Positions 1 to 9,467 of a DNA stretch of 13,344 bases are shown in pieces; position 1 is the first letter of the stretch; every line of letters begins with the position of its first letter. The stretch is from Azolla caroliniana (lineage: Eukaryota > Plantae > Polypodiophyta). The notes under the pieces were generated by a model, which had not been told where the DNA came from, did not search any database, and saw only the letters and a program-made list of their open reading frames with translations. Where the stretch lies: contig JBHGNT010000961.1 in the NCBI GenBank assembly GCA_043228905.1, positions 1 to 13,344 on the forward strand, read 5' to 3'. Both the position numbers and the translations under genes were made by a program.

Positions 1-397
1 GCCCTGCCTTTCCTTTCACGGTTGTCTTGCCGCTGGGTGTCCTGGCAGAACCTTGCCATTCCACTCGTGGTAGGTGGTGAAATCTCTGTCTAAATCATCG
101 AAGAAAAGTCGAGTCGATTTTTTCGTGCGTGCTGCATCGGTAAAAAACCCCCTAGGAATATGTCGTCTATTTGCCTGCCAACAAAACGATTACACTTCAG
201 TCATACCTTTCAGTTCAGTGTTGCTCGAACTATGCTATCCATGATGGGTAGCACATCCTGCTCTTCTGTATCCACATCAATCGGTCCAGAACCAGGTGTA
301 GCTATTTGAAAAGTTTATGTCCTTAATCTTTCAAGGAGAAAAATATGGCTGCTTTGCCCTCAACAGATCCATCGACTCCATTACTTGAGAGGGCTAA

Positions 398-417
398 CAG
401 CCAGCCAGCCAGCCAGC
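398..417. repeat. (CAGC)5 microsatellite just upstream of trnI
   Basis: Read directly from the sequence. Confidence 0.9.
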
Positions 418-420
418 AGT

Positions 421-494
421 GGGCTTATAGTTTAATTGGTTGAAACGTACCGCTCATAACGGTAATATTGTAGGTTCGAGCCCTACTAAGCCTA
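421..494 (+). tRNA. trnI-CAU: tRNA-Ile(CAU), plant mitochondrial type (C34 presumed lysidine-modified, reads AUA)
   Basis: Cloverleaf: acceptor GGGCTTA/TAAGCCT, anticodon loop CTCATAA, T arm GTAGG-TTCGAGC-CCTAC. The GGGCTTATAGTTTAATTGGTTGAAAC start matches the plant mt trnI(CAU) as I recall it, not trnM. Confidence 0.88.
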
Positions 495-597
495 TTTACT
501 TGCCATACCTAACTCGCCAGTCTTTCACTACTTTGCTGCGCCCAGCAAGCAAATTCCGTTCTCTGAGCTTTGCTTCTCTTCCTTGGTTACCACTGTA

Positions 598-669
598 TGG
601 AGTATAGCCAAGCGGTAAGGCATCGGTTTTTGATACCGACACGCAAAGGTTCGAATCCTTTTACTCCAG
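598..669 (+). tRNA. trnQ-UUG: tRNA-Gln(UUG)
   Basis: Acceptor TGGAGTA/TACTCCA, anticodon stem TCGGT/ACCGA with loop TTTTGAT, T loop TTCGAAT. Confidence 0.95.
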
Positions 670-1423
670 GATCCTAAGGCGGCATTCAAAGCATTGCTCA
701 TTCATAGCCTTCTTGTCTGAGTCATTCTTCTCACTCGGCTTGGAAGGCATCGCCGCCTTTCATCGGCAACGCCGCATGCCTCGCTCTTCTTTCTTGGAGA
801 AACGTTGCCTTTACGGAACGGATACTTCTTGCATGCATTAAGCCATGCGAAGAAGGAATGAGTGCAACCAAGTGCTACCATGTGCAAGGACTAGGCGAAG
901 CGATGGACCCCGCACAGACAGTTAAACAAACGCCTTCAGCGATGAACCGCAGGCAGTGAGATACCAAAGATATGATCTATTGAGCAAGATCCAAGATCGA
1001 CTGAGCCTGGAGTGATGGGATCTGAAAAACCAACCTATAGAGATAGGCCCAAGGTCTGACTTGGCTAGCTGTTCTGAAAGAAATAGGTGCGGAAAATCTA
1101 ATTTGGTAATGTTTCAATGGAAATCCAACTAGATAGTGGCGAAGCTACGTCATTTTACTCTGATGCGTATCCTAACATACATACATACATAATAGTACCA
1201 TGTACGGCATCGGTACTGATACCGATGGTTCTTTTGAATTATATGCCGCCTGTTCTACTCCAACATCCTCGAGATCTGGAAAGCAGAGTATTATGGATGA
1301 GGAAGAACCCTGGCAATAGACATGTATGGACTTGGAGAGAGGCCTATTCTAGGTCGTCTCGACTATTCCGGTGATAAAACAAGGTAAAGAGACCCGCAAC
1401 CTCTTCGTACCAAGCCAGGTAAT

Positions 1424-1496
1424 CAGGAGAAAAGGGATTCGAACCCTTAACCTTTGGTTTTGGAGACCATTGTTCTACCATTGGAACTATTCTCCT
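1424..1496 (-). tRNA. trnW-CCA: tRNA-Trp(CCA), native mitochondrial type
   Basis: Reverse complement AGGAGAATAGTTCCAATGGTAGAACAATGGTCTCCAAAACCAAAGGTTAAGGGTTCGAATCCCTTTTCTCCTG; anticodon loop CTCCAAA. Confidence 0.95.
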
Positions 1497-1551
1497 GAAA
1501 TTAAATAATTACTTACGAGCCGGCCGGTTACTTTGCCTTTATTCCTTGGCG

Positions 1552-1570
1552 TTGAACCGTGCGGCTTCAT

Positions 1571-1602
<32 letters not shown>

Positions 1603-1798
1603 AAGGCGGTTCATGCGGAAGAAGCGGTTCATCGTGCTTGCTTCATGTGGATTTCTAGGCCTTCATGCGGTGATATACAACGGCAGCAAGCAAGCAAGCA
1701 AGCAAGCAAGCATGAAGGCCGATATCGTCGTTCTTTGGCTTGTGCCTGCCTTTTGGCCGGCTTCATCCGGCCGGGCCGGGCCGGGCCGGGCCGGGCCG
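1552..1798. repeat. Composite repeat island: (CAAG)8 1571-1602, (CAAG)6 1687-1710, (CCGGG)5 1771-1795, interspersed with GCGGTTCAT / GGCCTTCATGC motifs
   Basis: Read directly. GGCCTTCATGC (1658-1668) and GCATGAAGGCC (1710-1720) form an inverted pair around the second CAAG tract. Confidence 0.9.
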
Positions 1799-2250
1799 CC
1801 GCCCCTATTTATTTGATGAATCCCGTCCCGCAGTTTATGCTAAGACAGTGTGCGAGGGGCGCATATAGTCAGCTGCTCACAACCAACCTACTTTCGTCTT
1901 GAAATGCCTTCTTAAGGCACTTTCCTCTCACTAGGTGAAAAGAAAGGAGTTTGCAGAAACGAATTGGAAAGGACCTCAAAGAAAGCAGCAAACCAATGGT
2001 ACGCTAATTTACTTGGTCCTATCGATTTCTCACGTTAATAATAACCAAACGTGAAGTGGCCCGGTTAAGGTAGGGTTGTAGCGCCTGAAATTGCCTACCT
2101 CTATGTATGAAGAAGATAATGAACCAAATGTCATCTAGCAGCGCCATACCACTTAAATGAGATTAAGGTTTGGCTCCGACACTCCAACATGCCGACCGAG
2201 AATTCCCGGAGAACAACACCGTTCTATGAAACATTCAAGGAAGGTTTGTG

Positions 2251-2324
2251 TGCACCGAAGGGGACTTGAACCTCTAACCACCTGGTTCGAAGCCAGGTAC
2301 TCTATCCGATTGAGCTATCGGTGC
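2251..2324 (-). tRNA. trnR-UCG: tRNA-Arg(UCG), bacterial (chlamydial)-like
   Basis: Reverse complement GCACCGATAGCTCAATCGGATAGAGTACCTGGCTTCGAACCAGGTGGTTAGAGGTTCAAGTCCCCTTCGGTGCA; anticodon stem CCTGG/CCAGG, loop CTTCGAA. The tRNA identity is direct; the origin is inferred. Confidence 0.92.
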
Positions 2325-2662
2325 TGCCTGCTGCTTTCAGAACACGCTTTCCCTGTCTATCTTTGGTAGGCGATTTGCTGGTTTCTGGAGCACCGCTTGT
2401 TTAGCAGGTGGATCCAGAGTGCCAAAGAAAAGAAGAGCGGTTTTCCGCTTCTTCCGCCGGCCGCAGGTCAGCCTCTGAGGGCGCATCCCGGGCTTGTCCA
2501 CGTCAACGCTATAGGTGACTTGTTCAGGAGGCAGCTTTTCTTTTCGGGCTGGTCCTCGTGGATGGTTCTCTAACCTTCCACACACTGTTAAGGAATGACC
2601 TAGTCATGTAATAGGGTCTCTTAAAGGAAATTATGCGGGTAGGTACTTGCAGCTCATAGAGG

Positions 2663-2697
<35 letters not shown>

Positions 2698-2745
2698 CGG
2701 GTGTTGAGACTTCGCCAGCCCAGCCCAGCCCAGCCCAGCCCAGCC
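2663..2745. repeat. (GCAC)9 2663-2698 and (CAGCC)6 2716-2745 microsatellites
   Basis: Read directly. Confidence 0.9.
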
Positions 2746-2949
2746 AACATGGGTGCTGCTTTCGCGCTCCTATGCAGCAGCAGAAAGCCATTCTGTTAAT
2801 GAAAGCGGCGAGTCATGCCACGATGAACCGCTTCATCGAAAAGCGTTAGTGAAAAGTACAGCGCGCAGCCGGAATATTATTATTATTCGTTACTCATTTC
2901 ATGACTGAAGCGCCAGCCAAAAAAACAAAACAAACAAAAAACTAGCACC

Positions 2950-4236
2950 TTTGAAAACAAAAGTGGTAGGGCCAGGAAGCCACCTGGCAATAGGAAAGTG
3001 CACGAATCGAGATCCGGCCTCTCCTCATTACGAAGAACCGGCAGATTCAGGTAGCTTGCCGGCCAAGTGAAGTGGTAGCTTGCCTAAGGCAGGTTCCTGT
3101 TCTTACAAGGGGTCTTCCGGGCTTCTGACAATGAATTTTCGAGGATTCTAGGGATAACATTGTTGAGCGAACACTGGACGTTGACATTTATAGGAAGGTA
3201 CTACTTTGGGCGATCTTCAACAAAGTTGTGCTAATAGGCCTTCAAGCAAGTAGGAACCTGTATGTCGATAAGGTTTGTGCCTTGTTTAGGGATAGGTATC
3301 CGCTCTTGAAAATCACCGGCCCGCCCCTTCCACCCATCATAGTGCCCCCTCGTCCGTTACTTTACCTCAGTGCTCTCCTGCCCGCGTAACATTATGAAAG
3401 GGTTGAGAACAGCAACGGCGACGGTATAGCAAGAGAAAGCTAGAGAGAAAGGGCTATGGGAATGTGAAGGACTCCCTTCGTTGAAAAAGAAAGTGTCGAT
3501 TGTCTATTCTTTAGGCACTCGCGGGAGACTAATCTCTCCTAGAGAACACGTGTGGGAAGTATTCGTTTCTAATAATCCCAAAGTCTTTAAGGTTTTGACC
3601 ATTTTGTGTAACCATTAGGATGCTCCGAAAACACTGGAGTACAGGAAGGAAACACTGGTGTCAAAGCATTCTTTGGGAACCACATCCTGTTCTTCCTAGA
3701 TGGATGATTTGCCCCGTTTGATGCCGTCGTGTGAAAGTTGTTTTCATGATTTAGGAATTCAACTGATTTTAGGTAATCCATCTTTATGTGGCACGACATG
3801 AAAGGTGCTATGAAAAACACGTAACCGACCGAATTACGTGAAATGGATAAATCAATCTGGTTAGGGCATTCTTTAGAACTTACTTCAGGAAGAATCATCC
3901 AGGGCTGCGGTTGCGGTTTCTTCTTTCTTGTATTCATAACTTTTTTCTATTGCTTTTTCGGCGAAAAGGCAAGCAAGTTTTACCTGACTTAACTGAAAAG
4001 CCATTTTCCTCTCTGCAAACTCCAGGAGAGAGTGGACTTCAGGAAATCACAAAGTGGGTCCCCAAGGAGGAAAGGAGGAGGGAACTTGTGAGGAAGTTTC
4101 CACCCTCCTTTCGGCCTCTGGGGTTAAACAAGACCCAGATAAAGTCAAGTTAGAGAGCCGTGTAATGGGCGACTATTCCGCACGGTTCGGAGAGCACAAC
4201 TACGATCACTTCTCCTCGGCAGAAGCTTGACTCTAT
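2950..4236 (+). mobile_element. 3' portion of group II intron atp1i361g2 (domain IV with maturase-like ORF, DV, DVI); 5' boundary not identifiable
   Basis: DV GAGCCGTGTAATGGGCGACTATTCCGCACGGTTC at 4155-4188; DVI ends ...GACTCTAT at 4236, directly before phase-1 atp1 sequence at about codon 121. The start coordinate is approximate. Confidence 0.85.
3030..4230 (+). pseudogene. Highly diverged group II intron RT/maturase-like reading frame (pseudogene, or ORF dependent on U-to-C editing)
   Basis: One frame carries motif remnants in the canonical order: TKLC**AFKQV (RT2, cf. DKIVQQAxKxV) ~3220-3252; PFHPS*...SVLSCPRNIMKGLRTAT (RT2a/3) 3325-3420; LGTRGRLISP (RT4, cf. GTPQGxxISP) 3511-3540; ILCNH*DAPKTLEYRKETL (after RT5) 3601-3657; FHDLGIQL (RT7) 3742-3765; YVKWINQSG*GIL (domain X) 3835-3873. 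The frame runs through DV as LESRVMGDYSARFGE. No YADD motif; 17 stops. Confidence 0.6.
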
Positions 4237-5423
<1,187 letters not shown>

Positions 5424-5433
5424 TTCAAGAGAT

Positions 5434-5480
5434 GGGGAAGGAGGCCCCCTCACGTAATTACTAAGGAGACCCTCCCTTTT
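5434..5480 (+). terminator. Imperfect purine/pyrimidine stem-loop just 3' of atp1 (possible mRNA 3'-end or stability element)
   Basis: GGGGAAGGAGGCCCCCT ... AGGAGACCCTCCCTTTT shows partial complementarity; function is inferred from position only. Confidence 0.3.
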
Positions 5481-5795
5481 GTTTGTAGGAGCGTTAGGCG
5501 GGTGAGCGGATAACGGCGGGAATTGAACAAGCCGATAGATCACCGCCACCTAACCTATAGGTGGTTTGCGGGAATTGGCCCAGTTACCTCCTATAGAAAT
5601 GCTTTGTTTGTTTGTCTTTTGGTAGGGACAGTCATTACGCGTAGCTTCGTTGGACACAACGACTGGCAACGGTTGATTTCGGCCGGCAGCTTCGGGGAAA
5701 GGTTTGAACCCATGGCTATGGCAATCTATTTTCTGGCTTCTTTTTTTCTAAAATAAATTCCGATTCGCTAGAGAGAGATCAATTGCTTGCTTGCT

Positions 5796-5869
5796 TGCGG
5801 GGTGGAGTAAATGGCCAACTCGTCAGGCTCATGACCTGAAGACTGCGGGTTCAAACCCTGCCCCCGCAC
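5796..5869 (+). tRNA. trnfM-CAU: tRNA-fMet(CAU)
   Basis: TGCGGGG/CCCCGCA acceptor; anticodon arm TCAGG-CTCATGA-CCTGA followed by AGACTGC is typical of the plant mt initiator tRNA. A (TTGC)4 tract at 5783-5798 overlaps the 5' end. Confidence 0.9.
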
Positions 5870-5899
5870 TACATGTTGTCAACAGTAAAAAAGCAAATG

Positions 5900-6443
5900 A
5901 AGATTATTGTATAATAATCCATGCTTAAGAATGGGAAACTAACGTGACTATTCATATTGTCAATTCGTTATCATTCGTGTTGTCAATGAGACGGTGACAT
6001 TCCAATGAAGCGGTTTTCATCATCATGAAGGCCTTCATGCATGCATGAAGAACCTGTTTGGTTTGATGAACATGCCGGTTCATCATGCTTGCTGTTTAAA
6101 ATACTCGTTAGGTGGTTCCGCTTTTCTTTTGGGGAAGGCGTGCGTTTCAGGCTTGCAGGGAAAAGTGCCATTTCCGAGTTCAAAGATTGCTGCTTTAAAG
6201 TGGAAAGAAAAGTGCAAAGCATCTTCTTGCCAGTGATTCATCAAGATTGCCGCCGGCTCGGTTTAAAGTGAAAAGAAAAGTGCTGCTTTGCTTTGCTTTG
6301 CTGGATTCGCAGATTATGGCCAGAAGATGATATTGCCTTCTTGCATGATCCTTCTGAATTTTACCAACGGAATTTCGAAATTCCAGCATTCAATTCTTTC
6401 CGCAATCTGAGCCGCATTAAAGATTATCGTATAATAATCCATG
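5900..6443. repeat. Repeat-rich spacer: 24-nt direct repeat AAGATTATYGTATAATAATCCATG (5900-5923, 6420-6443), 22-nt direct repeat TTTAAAGTGRAAAGAAAAGTGC (6194-6215, 6262-6283), clustered ATGAA/TTCAT palindromes (6005-6085)
   Basis: Read directly; each direct-repeat pair differs at one position. Confidence 0.85.
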
Positions 6444-7065
6444 AATATTCAGGCCTTCTTGAAAGTTCAAAAGAAGAACTTTGGTAGCCATTTATATTAC
6501 ACTTTTTACCGCTTCTTCTTCTTCCGCAGTGCAGTTTTCTTGCGCTTCATGAAGAAAAGGTGCTGTTTGAAATTGTAGCTTGAATCTTATCGGAAAACTA
6601 ACTCTAGGCCTTCTTGATGAACAGCTATGGATAATACGGCGGAAGTTGCTTGCGGGGAAGAACCAAGGTGGTGGATGAACCCGCTGCTTCATCAGCGCGA
6701 TGAAGACGATTAACGCTACTTATCGGCTACGGTAAAGTCAGACGGCCCGATGGGGGAGTTGGTAGCAGAAGCTAGACAATTGCTAGCGGCCCAACAAGAA
6801 AAGAAAAGAAGCGGATTGACGTGGCCGCAGTCATTCGACCTCCCCATGCTATCTGAGTGGATGCACCTCACCCTTCCACTGGCTATGCGGGGACTGGACC
6901 AATGTGATCTCGCCTTGACGTTGGCGGTCCGGCTTATGGAGAAGAGACCAACTGTGGTGTGGCCTTCTCCAACCAAGAGTCACACCAAAATGAAAATATT
7001 GCACTTGTGCCCGTTAGTTGACCGCGTTTCCAGCTAACGTTCCTTGTCATTGCGAACGACACCCT

Positions 7066-7341
7066 ATTCATTCATTCATTCATTCGTTCGATCGGGGAAT
7101 AAATCGCCCGCCCTTCATGCTGAATCCGCGTGTCTGCGTGTGGAAATCGCAGCGGCCTAATCGTTCGTACGGTTCTTCGAGGAAGAAATAAATCTATCCC
7201 TGCATCCCAACTACGAATAAGAATCAATCAGAGTTCTTTCGATTTTCTTTACGGAAACGCGGAAAGCCAGCCCATCGCCGCTTTGTTTGCGGTCGACGAG
7301 ACAAAGCGAAGGCCTTCATTGCATTGCATTGCATTGCATTG
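7066..7341. repeat. (ATTC)5 7066-7085 and (CATTG)5 7317-7341 microsatellites upstream of nad2
   Basis: Read directly. Confidence 0.85.
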
Positions 7342-7437
7342 CTGCGACTTGTTGAAGAACCAACCTTTAACTCCCATGCATATGGAGGAGAGAGAAAAAG
7401 GGAAAAAACCGAACAGACTTAGAAGTCGTTGAAAGGA

Positions 7438-7593
7438 ATATTTGAGCATGATTCTTTCGCGCTTCTTCTAGAGATCTTTCCTGTTAACGCAACTATTATT
7501 TTGCCCATTCATGGAGTTTTGTTTAGTACTTTCAAATAATATGATTATCTACTGCTAGTATGTAACGTGGGTTGGCTCGGTTTACCTAGTGTT
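7438..7593 (+). CDS. nad2: NADH dehydrogenase subunit 2, exon 1 (156 nt, apparent ATA start)
   Basis: (I)FEHDSFALLLEIFPVNATIILPIHGVLFSTFK*YDYLLLVCNVGWLGLPSV matches the land-plant Nad2 N-terminus MFEHDF...NVGWLGLLSV after editing; exactly 156 nt to the intron site. Confidence 0.92.
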
Positions 7594-9081
7594 ATGTGCC
7601 TAGGAAGGCACGTTCTGGGATGCGGGGGTTGAAAGCCATCGCTCGGATGGACTCCCTAACTGGCAGGGATCGGACTGCTGCCAAAAACCATAGCATGGGG
7701 ACTATCCGCTCGCCGCAGGGCTAGTCGTACGCAACAGGAGCAAGGTAACTCCCCCAGTTTGTAGAATGTTCCGGGAGGCACTTGAGTCCGAACGCTATTA
7801 TTCATGTGCGACCAACCCTCCGAGAGTAACTGTAATAAGCAGGTTCTGTGTACGCAGTACCAAACGGCGAGTCAACTACCAGACGCGCAACCTAGGGATC
7901 ACCCGAATGGACTCTATAAAGATTGACTTCAATATAAGTAGAGCATAGCCGCCCAATCCTTAAAGATCGAGGCTTTGCTGGCCCGTACGGGTGAAAGATC
8001 CTGTCGTAATGTACTCCGGAAATTACACCAGGCAACCCAAGTCGAGCATGCGACAATGCCCCCATGAAGAGCTCCGAGGAAAGGGAGGTAGATGATAGTG
8101 TGATATTCTGTAAACGGACACGCAGAAGCGTCCCCGACAGGTGTACTACACCTAGCGAAAAAGAAAGAAATCGTACGTGGTGGGATAAGCGAATTAGGAG
8201 AATGCAGTTGACAGACTGGGAAATTTCCCGACCGAATCTCATATGAGACAACTGGAGTAAGCTGCTTGCTGCTTTGGGGCTGGCTACTTCTACAGCCGAG
8301 GAACCGGCGGACGATGGAACCTTAGCAAATGGAATGGGCGAAATGGAGATACCTACTCCTGTGAGTCATAGAGAATATACGCTCCGGAACTTGCTCTCCG
8401 ACCTATACAGTGGTGGTAAGTAGGTCACTCTTGTAGTCAGACTAGCAAGTCGAGCCGCTCGCAAACAAAACTTCTCCAGCCAAGCCAAGCCAAGCCAAGC
8501 CAAGCCAAGCCAGGATTGTCCTAAACGTAAGCCCTGGACACACAACAATAGACATTCTATACTTCCCCCAACAAGCAAGAAAGAAGTGGATAGCTACGCT
8601 TGACTCGCTGAGCAAGATGCATTGCGACTGGATTCCCCCCTGACGAGCCTCACTATAAGTCCTAGAGTAGTGCGGTATGGTAAAGCAACACGGCTAGCCT
8701 TCCAGAGACCCGAACTCGCTGAAAGCCAAATGGAGCCAGCGGGACTTCCGTAGTCAAATAATCGTCCGGGAATCTTTGGTTCAAAATACGGACCTTCGGC
8801 CTTCTTTCGTAGAGTGAAGGGCGTGGGTGAAACTTTTGCTGAATGAAGGACACAAGCAAGGTCGGTTGGTAATTTTGAAGCGAACTCGCGTCTAGACATA
8901 GTAAATAGAACTTGAATTCAGGCAACTAAGCCACGTACTCTGAACACATAAACCAGTGTTCGATTTGAAAGGTTCGCTTGTTCCCGTAAATCTCCAGCAG
9001 AAGTCATCACAAACGAGCCACATGCGGGGAAACTTGCACGTGTGGTTCTGACCAGAGAGGGAAGACCTACCCCATCGGTTT
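7594..9081 (+). mobile_element. Group II intron nad2i156g2 (1488 nt, cis) with maturase traces and (AGCCA)7 at 8478-8512
   Basis: Flanked by contiguous nad2 codons; DV GAGCCACATGCGGGGAAACTTGCACGTGTGGTTC at 9015-9048; short DVI; ends are ATGTG...GGTTT. Confidence 0.92.
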
Positions 9082-9467
9082 CTAATAACCATCGTACCGG
9101 TCGCCGCTGGCGCACCCATAACGTTTGCTAATCTACCATATAATAATGGTATGAAAGACAATTCGACATATTTTCGCGAAATATTGCCACTATTAAGTAC
9201 GGCTAGTACTATTGTTACGTGTTTGGATTATTTTAAACGGGAGAGGTTGAATGCTTCTGAATCCATTGTATTAACTTTACCTTCCACTCGCAGTATGCCT
9301 TTCATGGTCTTGGCCTGCGATTCAATTGCCATGTATTTAGCTATCGAGCCTTAAAGTTCATGTTTTCATGTGATCGCAGCCTTGAAGAGAGACTCTGAAT
9401 TTTTCATGGAAGCCGGCCTAAAATATTCTATTTCAGGTGCATTCTCCTCCGGAATATTATTGTTTGG
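9082..9467 (+). CDS. nad2: nad2 exon 2 (386 nt)
   Basis: LITIV...[20 protein letters not shown]...[20 protein letters not shown]; the length brings the running total to exactly 542 nt; TAA 9352 needs U-to-C editing. Confidence 0.96.

Noticed and set aside
1546-1902. ORFs with QASK and GRAGP repeats (also 10111-10413 and 8366-8578)
   Set aside because: Translations of microsatellites, not genes.
3587-3937. 116-aa minus-strand ORF
   Set aside because: Antisense to the maturase-like frame; no recognisable motif.
3030-4030. Diverged rps4 or rpl5 in the frame upstream of atp1 exon 2 (VSIVYSLGTRGRLISPRE resembles Rps4; LPRLMP resembles Rpl5)
   Set aside because: Matches are patchy, spacing is inconsistent and the conserved C-termini are absent. 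RT/X motifs in canonical order, and the position directly before DV, explain the region better. An HMM search would be decisive.
5502-5514. GTGAGCGGATAAC, a 13-nt match to the lac operator core
   Set aside because: The flanking AATT arms and any other vector sequence are missing; chance match.
5900-6700. CRISPR-like repeat-spacer array
   Set aside because: Repeats occur only in pairs or are very short and irregularly spaced; no cas genes; organellar context.
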